From a virus (taxonomy: Duplodnaviria; Caudoviricetes), in the IMG/VR virus record IMGVR_UViG_3300009687_000008, positions 1 to 64,000 of that record: DNA of 64,000 nucleotides. One strand, 5' to 3'. Positions 55,747-64,000 of the stretch are shown here, piece after piece; position 1 is the first letter of the stretch, and each line of letters starts with the position of its first letter. The position numbers were made by a program, and so were the translations under genes. The notes beneath the pieces are model-generated. The model had not been told where the DNA came from and made no database searches. It saw only the letters and a program-made list of their open reading frames with translations.

Positions 55747-56184
55747 TTACGATTTTGTTGTGCTATATTCCACAGAAAATTTTTCTTGACCTAAAGTATC
55801 TTGGATACGGGAGATAATTTTAGGTATTAAATCACGAATATCAACACTATAACGAACTCTTTGTGGGTAAACATTTCCAGTGAAACGTTTAGCGGCAACT
55901 ACTCTTTCGTCAATTCTAATTTCGAAATCAAAGATGTCTTCTTTGTCGTAAATTGGTGTTCTATTAATTTGGTCTTCCGTTTGTTTCTCGTACGGATTGT
56001 ATTGGTTCCATAGGTATTCTAAAGACTTATTTTTCAATTGTCCTTGAATCATATCAACACAGTCTTCCACACAATCTATGGTTAAAACAGACCAAACTGT
56101 TTTTGGATTAAAATTTTTAACAGCGAAATATCTTTGGCAGATTATGTTACCGTTAATTTTTAGTAAAAATTCAAATTTCTTCAT
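55747..56184 (-). CDS. Hypothetical protein
   Basis: 145-aa ORF upstream of the helicase. Confidence 0.7.
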   Translation of the reverse strand: MKKFEFLLKINGNIICQRYFAVKNFNPKTVWSVLTIDCVEDCVDMIQGQLKNKSLEYLWNQYNPYEKQTEDQINRTPIYDKEDIFDFEIRIDERVVAAKRFTGNVYPQRVRYSVDIRDLIPKIISRIQDTLGQEKFSVEYSTTKS

Positions 56185-56195
56185 AAATTTTTCAT

Positions 56196-56795
56196 TTAAT
56201 TATTAATATTTCTTTTTAAATCCCTATTAATTTTACTACATAGGGGTTGTAGGTTTGTATAGTGAAATAATTTTAATAATTCCTCTTCATTCTTTGCCGA
56301 TGATAATGGAATTATGTGGTCTATATCCCACCCATAATTTAATTCACCATTATATTTTCCATAATTTTCCCAAGACATCCAAGTTTCAAATTTAGATTCA
56401 ATATATGTTTTAAGATATGGAATTTCACACCCAATAATTTCTTGTGTTTTAGATTTTTTTGTATTTCTTTTTAAAGATTCTGTAACAATAGTCCTCATTC
56501 TACAAGTTAAATTAAACAACGGGTCTTTCTTTCTTCTTTCTTTTTTATACCTTTTTTGATACTCTTTGTATTTATCTTTTTTTTGATACTTCTTCTTATA
56601 GTCTAAATGGTACTCCCTATTTTCAATATAATATTTTTTATTATACTCTAAAATTTCATCTTTTCGTTTAAGAGTGTTTTGTTTTATTTTTTCTTTGTTT
56701 TTTTCTTGATATTCTTTTTGTTTAAGTAAAATTTCTTCTTTTTTTTGTTCATACCTTTTTTTATCGTATGCTTTTTTTTGTTCTTTAGAAATCAT
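56196..56795 (-). CDS. Putative HNH homing endonuclease
   Basis: Lys/Tyr-rich helical N-terminus; MSWENYG...WDIDHIIPLS...HYTNLQPL. Confidence 0.85.
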   Translation of the reverse strand: MISKEQKKAYDKKRYEQKKEEILLKQKEYQEKNKEKIKQNTLKRKDEILEYNKKYYIENREYHLDYKKKYQKKDKYKEYQKRYKKERRKKDPLFNLTCRMRTIVTESLKRNTKKSKTQEIIGCEIPYLKTYIESKFETWMSWENYGKYNGELNYGWDIDHIIPLSSAKNEEELLKLFHYTNLQPLCSKINRDLKRNINN

Positions 56796-56809
56796 ATTTA
56801 TTTTTTATT

Positions 56810-56818
56810 ATAAATATT
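56810..56818 (-). promoter_or_regulatory. Variant phage promoter motif AATATTTAT
   Basis: 14 nt upstream of the HNH ATG. Confidence 0.45.
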
Positions 56819-56836
56819 AAGTCAATTCGAATTTCT

Positions 56837-57859
56837 TCATACTTTTGAATTTTTATAATTTGTTTTTTCTTTTTTACTTAACTTAATAAATGGGTCTAAA
56901 AAATTTACATACCCATTTTCACCACCTGGGATTGCGTACATAACACCATCCTCGAACATCATTTTGAGAACGTTTTTATAATCACGTCCTTCAGGGTTTA
57001 AAGGTAGGTTTATGAGGCTTCTAATCTCTTCTTTGGCTTCATCTGTTAAAAGAGGTTGTAATAAATCGATTATGATTTTGTTTACCTCATAAACATTACC
57101 TTTATGACGTCCTTTTGTTTTACCTTCTAAAATAGATTCAAAAACTTTTAATTTCTTTTCCTCTTGGAGAGTTTTGGTTTTATCCATGATTTCTTCCAAG
57201 GTCATTTTCCTATCTTTAATTTCGGGAAAATGTGTTAAAAGTGTAGTCTCAGTTACTCCTTCAATTCCTTTAATATTATCTGTAGAACAACCTTCAATAA
57301 TTTTAACTAATCCAGCATTTTCATAGTGATGTTGGAAGTACCAACTATAATTTCCTGTTCCCACCAAAACTTTCTTATCAGCTAAAAAAAGACTTACATC
57401 TTCTGAAATTAACTGACATAGGTCTCTATCGTTTGTATAGATAATAACCTCCTCACTTTTCTTTCGGTTAAGGGTGTAGAATGCTAGTAAATCATCAGAT
57501 TCACAATCAGGGTGTTCGTACTGTCTAAGGAATAAGTCTTCAGCGTAAGCTTTAACTCTTAATTTTTGGAGTTCGTAAGATTCATCAAAGAATCTTGGTC
57601 TATTTCCTTTGTATTCAGGATAATAATCAAGTCTCAAAGAACCACCTCTCTCACCATCCCACATAATAACAACCTTATCAACTGATAAATCAACGATAAG
57701 TTTTCTAAGTGTGGTGTAAAATTGGAAGATTCCACCTATATGTTTTTCCTTATAGAAAACGTTTTTAGCTCCGTTATAAGAACGTTTCATTAAAACGTTA
57801 CCATCAATAAGAAGTGTTTTGGTTTTTTCTTTTTTCTTAGTTACTTTGAGGCCTGTCAT
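56837..57859 (-). CDS. 5'-3' exonuclease / flap endonuclease (T4 RNase H, Pol I N-terminal family)
   Basis: LLIDGN, MWDG, EYKGNR, ESDDLLA, TNDRDLCQL, TDNIKGIEGV. Confidence 0.9.
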   Translation of the reverse strand: MTGLKVTKKKEKTKTLLIDGNVLMKRSYNGAKNVFYKEKHIGGIFQFYTTLRKLIVDLSVDKVVIMWDGERGGSLRLDYYPEYKGNRPRFFDESYELQKLRVKAYAEDLFLRQYEHPDCESDDLLAFYTLNRKKSEEVIIYTNDRDLCQLISEDVSLFLADKKVLVGTGNYSWYFQHHYENAGLVKIIEGCSTDNIKGIEGVTETTLLTHFPEIKDRKMTLEEIMDKTKTLQEEKKLKVFESILEGKTKGRHKGNVYEVNKIIIDLLQPLLTDEAKEEIRSLINLPLNPEGRDYKNVLKMMFEDGVMYAIPGGENGYVNFLDPFIKLSKKEKTNYKNSKV

Positions 57860-58088
57860 TACCCATATTCATTTTAAAGGGTTCAACAATTTTTTTTCTT
57901 TCTTCTTGATTTGATTCGATAAGAATTCCTAAATCAACTAATAGATTTTTATGAACTTCAGATAATTCATCTCCATGGAGAAATCTTTCTACACCAGATT
58001 GGATTACCCAAAATGATGCTAATTGGTCACCTCTATCTGTTAGAGCCTCCCTATTTAGTTCTATTAATCTATTATAATTAATTTTCAT
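57837..58088 (-). CDS. Hypothetical protein
   Basis: 83-aa coupled ORF. Confidence 0.6.
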   Translation of the reverse strand: MKINYNRLIELNREALTDRGDQLASFWVIQSGVERFLHGDELSEVHKNLLVDLGILIESNQEERKKIVEPFKMNMGNDRPQSN

Positions 58089-59143
58089 TATTCTAATCCT
58101 TCAAGTTCAATGTCGGTTTCAGAGTTTTCCAATGCAAAGTCTTCTCCTTCTTGGATTTCTAGTCCGTTCTTAATGAACATTTCAGACCAAAAATCAGAGT
58201 ATTCTTTTTTGTATTTCTCTTCCGCCTCTTTTGTATCGTCAATAAAACCATGTGGTGTTACGATAACTTTACCGTCTTCATACCCAATACCATTTACGTG
58301 GTTCTTAAGAATAGAAACTTTACTACGAGTAGCGAACTTAATCTTTCTACCGTTCTTAGTTGCCATAATCTTGTTTGTACCAGCACCTTTTTGATTACCA
58401 AAAAGGAAGATTAGAGTACTATTAAGATAGATGGCTTCCCCACCTTTCATCTTAATTTTAGGTTGTCCCATTGGACTATCAGGTAACTCAACCCAAGGTT
58501 GATTAACGAATACAATTGTGTTGGTATATTTATTCGGTTTACCATCCGATAGTGTTTCTTTTCTTGAGGATGTAATTCTACCATTCAATCCCATTCCGAT
58601 TTTATCAGATAATACAGAAGCGTTATGCATCTTACCACCTTTACCGTCGAAAGTCATTTTACAAGGAATTGAACCAACAGAGTCCCAAAAGAAACAAATG
58701 TCATATGGAATGTCACCCTTTGCTTGGGCATCCAATACTTCATTTATATAATCTGTAATCTGTTCAATATAATCAAAATCATCACGGAAAAGGAAAAATC
58801 CATCCCATTCACCTGGAGCCGTTTCAGTAACGTCTAAACCCATTAATTGAGCGTGGGGGAAACTCCATTTCTTTTCTGTAATAATAAAGATTGGTAGAAT
58901 ACCATTTTGTTGACACCAAATAGCACTTTTTAAAAGAGCTGTGGTTTTACCTGTGTCAGAATGTCCCAAGAAAACATTTAAGTGCCCAAGAGCTGGACCG
59001 GGTACTCCCGTAGCTTTTTGGAAGGCAGGTCCTAAATCAATGAACCTATCAGCCTTATATTTAGTTTTTGTACTAAATTTATCCTTAAGTCCATCCAAGG
59101 AGAACTCCTTTTTACCTATTGATTTCTTTTTTCCGTCAGACAT
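58088..59143 (-). CDS. recA: RecA/UvsX recombinase
   Basis: GHSDTGKT Walker A, FFWDSVG Walker B, VFVNQ, KMKGG. Confidence 0.9.
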   Translation of the reverse strand: MSDGKKKSIGKKEFSLDGLKDKFSTKTKYKADRFIDLGPAFQKATGVPGPALGHLNVFLGHSDTGKTTALLKSAIWCQQNGILPIFIITEKKWSFPHAQLMGLDVTETAPGEWDGFFLFRDDFDYIEQITDYINEVLDAQAKGDIPYDICFFWDSVGSIPCKMTFDGKGGKMHNASVLSDKIGMGLNGRITSSRKETLSDGKPNKYTNTIVFVNQPWVELPDSPMGQPKIKMKGGEAIYLNSTLIFLFGNQKGAGTNKIMATKNGRKIKFATRSKVSILKNHVNGIGYEDGKVIVTPHGFIDDTKEAEEKYKKEYSDFWSEMFIKNGLEIQEGEDFALENSETDIELEGLE

Positions 59144-59153
59144 AGTTTATAAA

Positions 59154-59996
59154 TTAAAATGGCATTTCATCATCTTCACCTTCAGCTGAATCATCAGTAT
59201 CAGGAGCTGAATATTTTGCTGAACTTGTTGGTGTTTCTTTCTTAACAGTTTCTTCACCTTTAGCAACAAACTTCTCAAGTTTTTTATCCCAAACTGGTGT
59301 TTCACCGTTTGCAATAATTTCAAGATAATCTAATGGAGATGCCTTGTAGATATCTTTCCATGTCATTTCATCTTTAATCCAAGCGTTAGCTTTGGTCTTG
59401 TCGTTTGTTAACATTGATGGGTCCTCGGCCATTACAGAAGTAACTTTAGTGTTATTCTTGTCACCTCTTCCTAACATAAGGACAAGGTCACGGCCTTCTC
59501 TAGGGTCTGATAAGTCACCCTTTTTTGTGAATAGAGGAATCATTTTATCTAACTCCCCTTCACCTTTGTAGTTGTGACGGAAACGCCAGATTTTAATACC
59601 ATCATCCTCTTTAGAACGGTCAATTACACGAGCTAAATAAAACTTAGCTGCTTTGTAAGTTTTGGCAATTTTCTTGTCTTCTTCACTGCCTGTGGCTTTT
59701 AAAGCCTTTTCTACTTCACATAATGGACAAGTTTCACCGTCATTATGTTCTCTACAATAAAGTTTTCTCCATTGTCCATTAACCTGCATAACGTGGAAAT
59801 AGCCCTCTTCAAAAGGTGAACCACCTTTTACTTTAGACGGCATAAGACGAATGGTTGCTTCACCATTTTTTTCGCCTTCTTCCAAACGTGGGTTAAAATA
59901 CTTTGAGAAATCTTTTTCTTCGAAGGTTTTACCTCCACCAGAATTGCTTTTGTTTTTTTCATACTGCGACATAATCGCACCTAAAACATCACTCAT
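59154..59996 (-). CDS. Single-stranded DNA-binding protein (T4 gp32-like)
   Basis: IRLMP, LYC...CPLC Zn motif, DPREGRDL, acidic C-terminal tail ending DDEMPF. Confidence 0.85.
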   Translation of the reverse strand: MSDVLGAIMSQYEKNKSNSGGGKTFEEKDFSKYFNPRLEEGEKNGEATIRLMPSKVKGGSPFEEGYFHVMQVNGQWRKLYCREHNDGETCPLCEVEKALKATGSEEDKKIAKTYKAAKFYLARVIDRSKEDDGIKIWRFRHNYKGEGELDKMIPLFTKKGDLSDPREGRDLVLMLGRGDKNNTKVTSVMAEDPSMLTNDKTKANAWIKDEMTWKDIYKASPLDYLEIIANGETPVWDKKLEKFVAKGEETVKKETPTSSAKYSAPDTDDSAEGEDDEMPF

Positions 59997-60068
59997 TTTT
60001 CTTTGTTTTTAATTGTTTAACAATAATACTTGGTCTAATACTAAGTCAAAATTGTCTTATTGTAAATG

Positions 60069-60096
60069 AAAAAAGAGGTCATTTAGCCTCTTTTTT
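60069..60096. terminator. Rho-independent terminator
   Basis: AAAAAAGAGG...CCTCTTTTTT downstream of 60113..61558. Confidence 0.75.
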
Positions 60097-60112
60097 CTAT
60101 CTTTGTAAAATT

Positions 60113-61558
60113 TTATTGACTTTTCATCTTGTGATAATGTGGTAGTGGGAAACAATTGTTAGGATCTTTACAATCCTCCTCCACTTCGATAATATTTCTA
60201 TACATACTTAAAAATGGTATCCTAAAACCTATAACTTTAACCCTATATACCGAACCAACTTCTAATTCGTTATAAACATCTGATGAATTGAATTTACCTC
60301 TAAACATCTCATCTGATTCTTCAAAAACTTCATCGTCAGTGAAAATAAGGTATTTACTTTCTGTTGATTTTCCAGTTGACACTGTTGTAATATCTTTATC
60401 TTTTACTCTAATTGTTAAAGTTTCTGTACGAGATTGACGTGATATTTCAAAACCAATCATAATAGCTATAGCTAATGTTAATATTTTAAAATACCCACTC
60501 TTAGTAAAGGCAGATTCAGTTAATGAAAGGCCCAATTTACTGTTTAAATTATTATAAACCTCTTTGGTTTGGTTAGCATCTATATCATACCCTAAATTAG
60601 ATCTAACCAAGTTAATGGCCTTATCTAAATCAGTTACGTTGTTAACTTTTAATGTGTTAAAAATTTGTTTAAATGTTTTAACATTTCCACCAATTTGTGT
60701 GATTATCTCTTTTATTTTATCTAATACCCTATTTTCAGTTAAAACTTTTTTTTTTGACCTGGATTCAGGAATAAAAGATTTCTTAATATCTACACCACTG
60801 TAATCTTTAGCCTCATCAGGATCTAATTTCCAAACTTTGACCTCACCATCTGGACTTTGAGCGTCAGGTGTTGAACCGTCAGTGATTTCATAATTATCTT
60901 TTCCGTTCACATCATTCCAATAATCTGTTAACTTAACGTTGAATGGATAACTATCTAATGAACGTAATTCTAATTTCTCTTTTGGTTTTTGTGCTTGTAA
61001 ATCCTTTTTAATTGAGGATACTTCAGTTGAAACTGTATCAATTTTAGATAATGATTGTTGTAAAGCTTCAAACTTACCCATCAAGTCTTTAATCATATTC
61101 TTACCTTCTTCAGCCGCAGTTACAGCTTTCTCAGCGTAACCCTTAGCGTCATCAGCTCTTTTTACAATATCAGTAACGTCAATTTCTTCTACGTCATCAC
61201 TTGAACCTTCGAGTTCGTCGGCTGCACTAAATTCATCAGCTGTACCGAATTCATCAACTTCTTCAGTATCTCCACCTTCAGCATCACCGCCACCAAAGTC
61301 AAAGTCAACATTGTCTCCACCTTCAGCATCACCACCTTCTTTTCCACCTTCATCAGCACCAAAATCGAAGTCAGCATTGTCTTCACCTTCATCACTTTTG
61401 TTTTCATCGTCAGCGTAATCGGTGTAAGCATCCTCCTCTAAGTAAGTGTGTCTTCTAACTTCAGTCAAAGATGATTTACCTTTCTTAGGGTCGTACCCAA
61501 GAAGTTCTATATGTCTTTTTAAAGACTCTTTTAAATCTTTAGATAAACTTTTTTCCAT
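60113..61558 (-). CDS. Acidic putative head protein with C-terminal TM plus DUF1523-like domain
   Basis: D/E/G-rich N-half, coiled coil and LELRSLDSYPF; C-terminal KYLIFTDDEVF...KFNSSDVYNELEVG..Y...GFRIPFLSMYRNI. Confidence 0.7.
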   Translation of the reverse strand: MEKSLSKDLKESLKRHIELLGYDPKKGKSSLTEVRRHTYLEEDAYTDYADDENKSDEGEDNADFDFGADEGGKEGGDAEGGDNVDFDFGGGDAEGGDTEEVDEFGTADEFSAADELEGSSDDVEEIDVTDIVKRADDAKGYAEKAVTAAEEGKNMIKDLMGKFEALQQSLSKIDTVSTEVSSIKKDLQAQKPKEKLELRSLDSYPFNVKLTDYWNDVNGKDNYEITDGSTPDAQSPDGEVKVWKLDPDEAKDYSGVDIKKSFIPESRSKKKVLTENRVLDKIKEIITQIGGNVKTFKQIFNTLKVNNVTDLDKAINLVRSNLGYDIDANQTKEVYNNLNSKLGLSLTESAFTKSGYFKILTLAIAIMIGFEISRQSRTETLTIRVKDKDITTVSTGKSTESKYLIFTDDEVFEESDEMFRGKFNSSDVYNELEVGSVYRVKVIGFRIPFLSMYRNIIEVEEDCKDPNNCFPLPHYHKMKSQ

Positions 61559-61752
61559 TATCGTGTGTATTCGTTTAAAAGTTGTCTACCATCGTTAGTG
61601 ATGATTTTCTTATGTTCTCTTTTAACAATCTCTTCAGGATTGTTAATCATACATTCCTCATCATTACATTCAGGTTTATTACCCTTCAAAAAAGAATCTA
61701 AATTTTTCTTTAAATCTTTTTCTTTGTTTTGTTTGTTTTTATCTGTTAACAT
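61558..61752 (-). CDS. Small hypothetical protein
   Basis: 64 aa, preceded by GATATTTAT. Confidence 0.65.
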   Translation of the reverse strand: MLTDKNKQNKEKDLKKNLDSFLKGNKPECNDEECMINNPEEIVKREHKKIITNDGRQLLNEYTR

Positions 61753-61766
61753 GACTACTTTTCTTT

Positions 61767-61775
61767 ATAAATATC
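61767..61775 (-). promoter_or_regulatory. Phage promoter motif GATATTTAT
   Basis: Exact motif 14 nt upstream of ATG 61752. Confidence 0.6.
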
Positions 61776-62181
61776 AAGATTCAGGTAAAAACACTTGTTC
61801 TATTTTGTTTATTTCCAAAACATCACCTTTTAATAGAATTATTTTGTTTTCGTATTTAGTCCAATCTATTTGGTAGTCCTTGTGGTTGACATTACCTTGT
61901 AACCCACTTTCTTCCTCAATTAATCTGTTCAAAGCATTAATAGTAAAAATGGTATTACCTTTTTTATGTATTTGGATTGTTTTAGGAAGTTCTTTTTTAA
62001 TGTCAATTTTGTTCTCAATATCGACACGTAACTTATATGTTAAAACGAAACTACCATCTTCTAGTTTAAAGAAGAAGACGTTTTCTTTTTTAATCCCGAA
62101 TTTCTTTTTGATTTTATGTAAAAATCCCTCTATCCAATCTTCCTTAACAAATGAGGCTAGAAGTAGTATTTTTTGTTGCAT
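61774..62181 (-). CDS. Hypothetical protein
   Basis: 135-aa ORF. Confidence 0.7.
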   Translation of the reverse strand: MQQKILLLASFVKEDWIEGFLHKIKKKFGIKKENVFFFKLEDGSFVLTYKLRVDIENKIDIKKELPKTIQIHKKGNTIFTINALNRLIEEESGLQGNVNHKDYQIDWTKYENKIILLKGDVLEINKIEQVFLPES

Positions 62182-62782
62182 CCTTAAACATTAAGTATGG
62201 TATATATTTTATGTTTAAGTACTTGAGTTCATTCTTGAATTTTGTTGTTCCCTTTCCGTCGTTACCTTCGAATTGAGTCATGTCTTTCTTTAAAATACTC
62301 AGTACTTTTTCTCTATCAAACCCGATGAACTCTATTTGTTCGAGATCGATAGAAAAAAGATTAAAGTTGTGATAAACATATACAACTTTATCTGAATATA
62401 AATATGCAAATCCACCCGCAAGGCTTTTGATTTTTTCAATAAGTTCTTCGGTAGAATTTATTTTATACATTATTGGGTCTATATTGAAATATTTTATGCC
62501 TTTTACAAAATCATCATAGGATCTTTTAATAAATTTTTTCAAATCATCTTCAAAGACACCACGTTTTTCACTTGTATTAAAAGTCCAATAAAGTCCATCT
62601 GATATTTTTTTTCTAAGTATTGATGCTTTATCGAAATTAGTTTTAGCTAACTCCCAACCTATTATTAAAGTAGGTAAATCATTACCGTCAGCATTCAGAT
62701 ATTCTTCCATTGTCAAAACATTAAAGTTTTGTGGAACACCTGTAATACCCTCATTTGATACTATATTTCCTACAATAATCAT
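62144..62782 (-). CDS. Hypothetical protein
   Basis: 212-aa ORF containing LPTLIIGW. Confidence 0.7.
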   Translation of the reverse strand: MIIVGNIVSNEGITGVPQNFNVLTMEEYLNADGNDLPTLIIGWELAKTNFDKASILRKKISDGLYWTFNTSEKRGVFEDDLKKFIKRSYDDFVKGIKYFNIDPIMYKINSTEELIEKIKSLAGGFAYLYSDKVVYVYHNFNLFSIDLEQIEFIGFDREKVLSILKKDMTQFEGNDGKGTTKFKNELKYLNIKYIPYLMFKDATKNTTSSLIC

Positions 62783-62803
62783 TGCCTATATAAAATATTT
62801 TTT

Positions 62804-62811
62804 TATCTTTG
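62804..62811 (+). promoter_or_regulatory. Bacteroidota-type -7 element TATCTTTG
   Basis: Exact TAnnTTTG with ATTG 19 nt upstream; precedes ATG 62826. Confidence 0.55.
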
Positions 62812-62825
62812 TATAAAGATAAGAA

Positions 62826-63289
62826 ATGAAAACAGAAAAAGAAATACACCCACTTACAGTTTCAGATTTAACTAACTTTATTTTTGCGGGTAATGCCACC
62901 TTTACTGTAGTTAATGAAACCACAGGTAACCGTTTTACATTTCGTGTTCGTAAAGCTGGTTGGGGTACTCCTACATATAATGAAAAATCTGGCATTTTCT
63001 ATGTTTCTGTTTTGACAGGATCTGATAACAATTCTTCTTATACTTTTATTGGTACTTATTTTGGTGGAACAAATCAAGTTTACCGTCATTCCCATAAGAG
63101 TAAAATCACAGATAAGGCTGTTTCCAACCAAGTTTTAGTTTGGTTCTTTTCTTCCTACATCAAGAATCCATCTTCTTTCCCAACTGTTAAAGTTTTTCAC
63201 TCAGGTAAATGTGGGAAGTGTGGAAAAAACTAACCACCCCTGAATCTGTCAAGAGTGGTTTAGGTCCTAAATGTGGTAATAGAGATTAA
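62826..63289 (+). CDS. DUF6011-like Zn-finger protein interrupted by a -1 frameshift at 63224-63230
   Basis: Frame 0 ends CGKCGKN* at 63233; the -1 frame continues LTTPESVKSGLGPKCGNRD* to 63289. Confidence 0.75.
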
Positions 63290-64000
63290 GCTAAATTATC
63301 CCACCTATTTATAGCTGTGTTAAATATTGATTTTTTATTATCATATGTTTCACCACCTATTTTAACTGTGTCGTGGAAATCCGCCCAAGTTTTAGTACTA
63401 TCTTTATAAATTTTAGTTTTAGCAGCAACACCACCATTTTTATCTTCTAAACCTGGGGACCACCATTTTTGTACATAAGTCGTAGTCCAACCATCGGGAG
63501 TACTACTATTAAATCCTTTAGCTTTAATTCTATCAATCATAAAATCTAAGAATTTTTCATTATTCTCAAAAGAAGCGAAAGCTCGATATTGATTACCACT
63601 ATCTTTTCTACAATATTGTGATGAAAAAAATGGGTATCTATTTTCAGTTCCAGTTCTTTCTTTATCCCCCCAATTACCGTCTGATTGAACGCCCGCGTAA
63701 TTGTAATTACCCGAACTAATAAAAGCTGGTGTAGCCTTTTCTTCAGGTGTTGCTCCACAATTTTTGTTACTAGTATGACAAGCTTCTGCCCACAATATTG
63801 CGAATACTGATTTAGCTGTTGCCTCATCTGTGGCCTTACTTAGATATTTTTTAGCATCTCTATATGTTAATAAAGTACGTTTATGTTCAGTCCAAGGAAG
63901 TTTAGGGTAAGAGGTTTTACATCTTTGATTTGATGAGGCTAAACTATCATCTTGTGCATTATCAGAACCTTCAACACCACTACCTTTTGTTGGACTCGTA
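63286..64000 (-). CDS. C-terminal part of a larger protein with a glucosaminidase (GH73)/lysozyme-like domain; start lies outside the window
   Basis: The frame stays open from TTG 63795 to the window end on manual translation; AE...NYNYAGVQ...W...YRAFASF...FLDFM pattern. Confidence 0.6.
   Translation of the reverse strand, partial: TSPTKGSGVEGSDNAQDDSLASSNQRCKTSYPKLPWTEHKRTLLTYRDAKKYLSKATDEATAKSVFAILWAEACHTSNKNCGATPEEKATPAFISSGNYNYAGVQSDGNWGDKERTGTENRYPFFSSQYCRKDSGNQYRAFASFENNEKFLDFMIDRIKAKGFNSSTPDGWTTTYVQKWWSPGLEDKNGGVAAKTKIYKDSTKTWADFHDTVKIGGETYDNKKSIFNTAINRWDNLA

Noticed and set aside
51725-59143. Inteins or introns in nrdJ, dnaB or recA
   Set aside because: Lengths and motif spacing are canonical, with no splicing or LAGLIDADG motifs
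60098-60105. Plus-strand TATCTTTG as an antisense promoter
   Set aside because: It abuts the terminator T-run, lacks a -33 element and has no downstream plus-strand feature; likely chance
463-63827. Short opposite-strand or alternate-frame ORFs in the track (e.g. 463..693, 2347..2697, 6259..6648, 15410..16024, 42186..42527, 53571..53885)
   Set aside because: They shadow well-supported genes, have biased compositions typical of antisense frames and show no motifs
1-64000. Stop-codon reassignment as in some jumbo phages
   Set aside because: Long conserved genes (nrdJ, sbcC, dnaB, baseplate) are uninterrupted in the standard code and coding density is high

Overview
This 64 kb AT-rich window looks like part of a jumbo (T4-like, contractile-tailed) dsDNA phage, most likely of a Bacteroidota host. 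The host inference rests on a Bacteroidota-type primary sigma factor homologue, TTTG-N19-20-TAnnTTTG promoters, A-rich leaders without Shine-Dalgarno sequences, and SprB repeats. Genes are intact in the standard genetic code and lie mostly on the minus strand. From left to right: putative head-associated and membrane/lysis genes (0.2-7.3 kb); a plus-strand GT2 / ParB-like / lysyl-hydroxylase-like cassette (7.9-9.7 kb); a sigma factor and accessory genes; SbcC with a split SbcD; two DUF4338 paralogues; thioredoxin, exonuclease, primase and RuvC; a ~24 kb block of virion genes ending in baseplate gp6 and gp25 (27-51.6 kb); then NrdJ, DnaB helicase, an HNH endonuclease, a 5'-3' exonuclease, RecA and a gp32-like SSB. 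I found no tRNA, rRNA or CRISPR array. The most notable observations are: (1) SbcD/Mre11 is broken into two separately translated ORFs around a free-standing endonuclease, and its likely C-terminal domain is fused to SbcC; (2) an orphan tnpB 3' tail (omega-RNA-like) sits behind a phage promoter at the left edge; (3) a pseudoknotted intergenic RNA candidate has its own promoter; (4) a candidate clan CD cysteine protease may be virion-packaged; (5) an A_AAA_AAC slip site splits a zinc-finger gene; (6) a recurrent GATATTTAT motif precedes many starts. All family assignments come from motif recognition by eye, not database searches.
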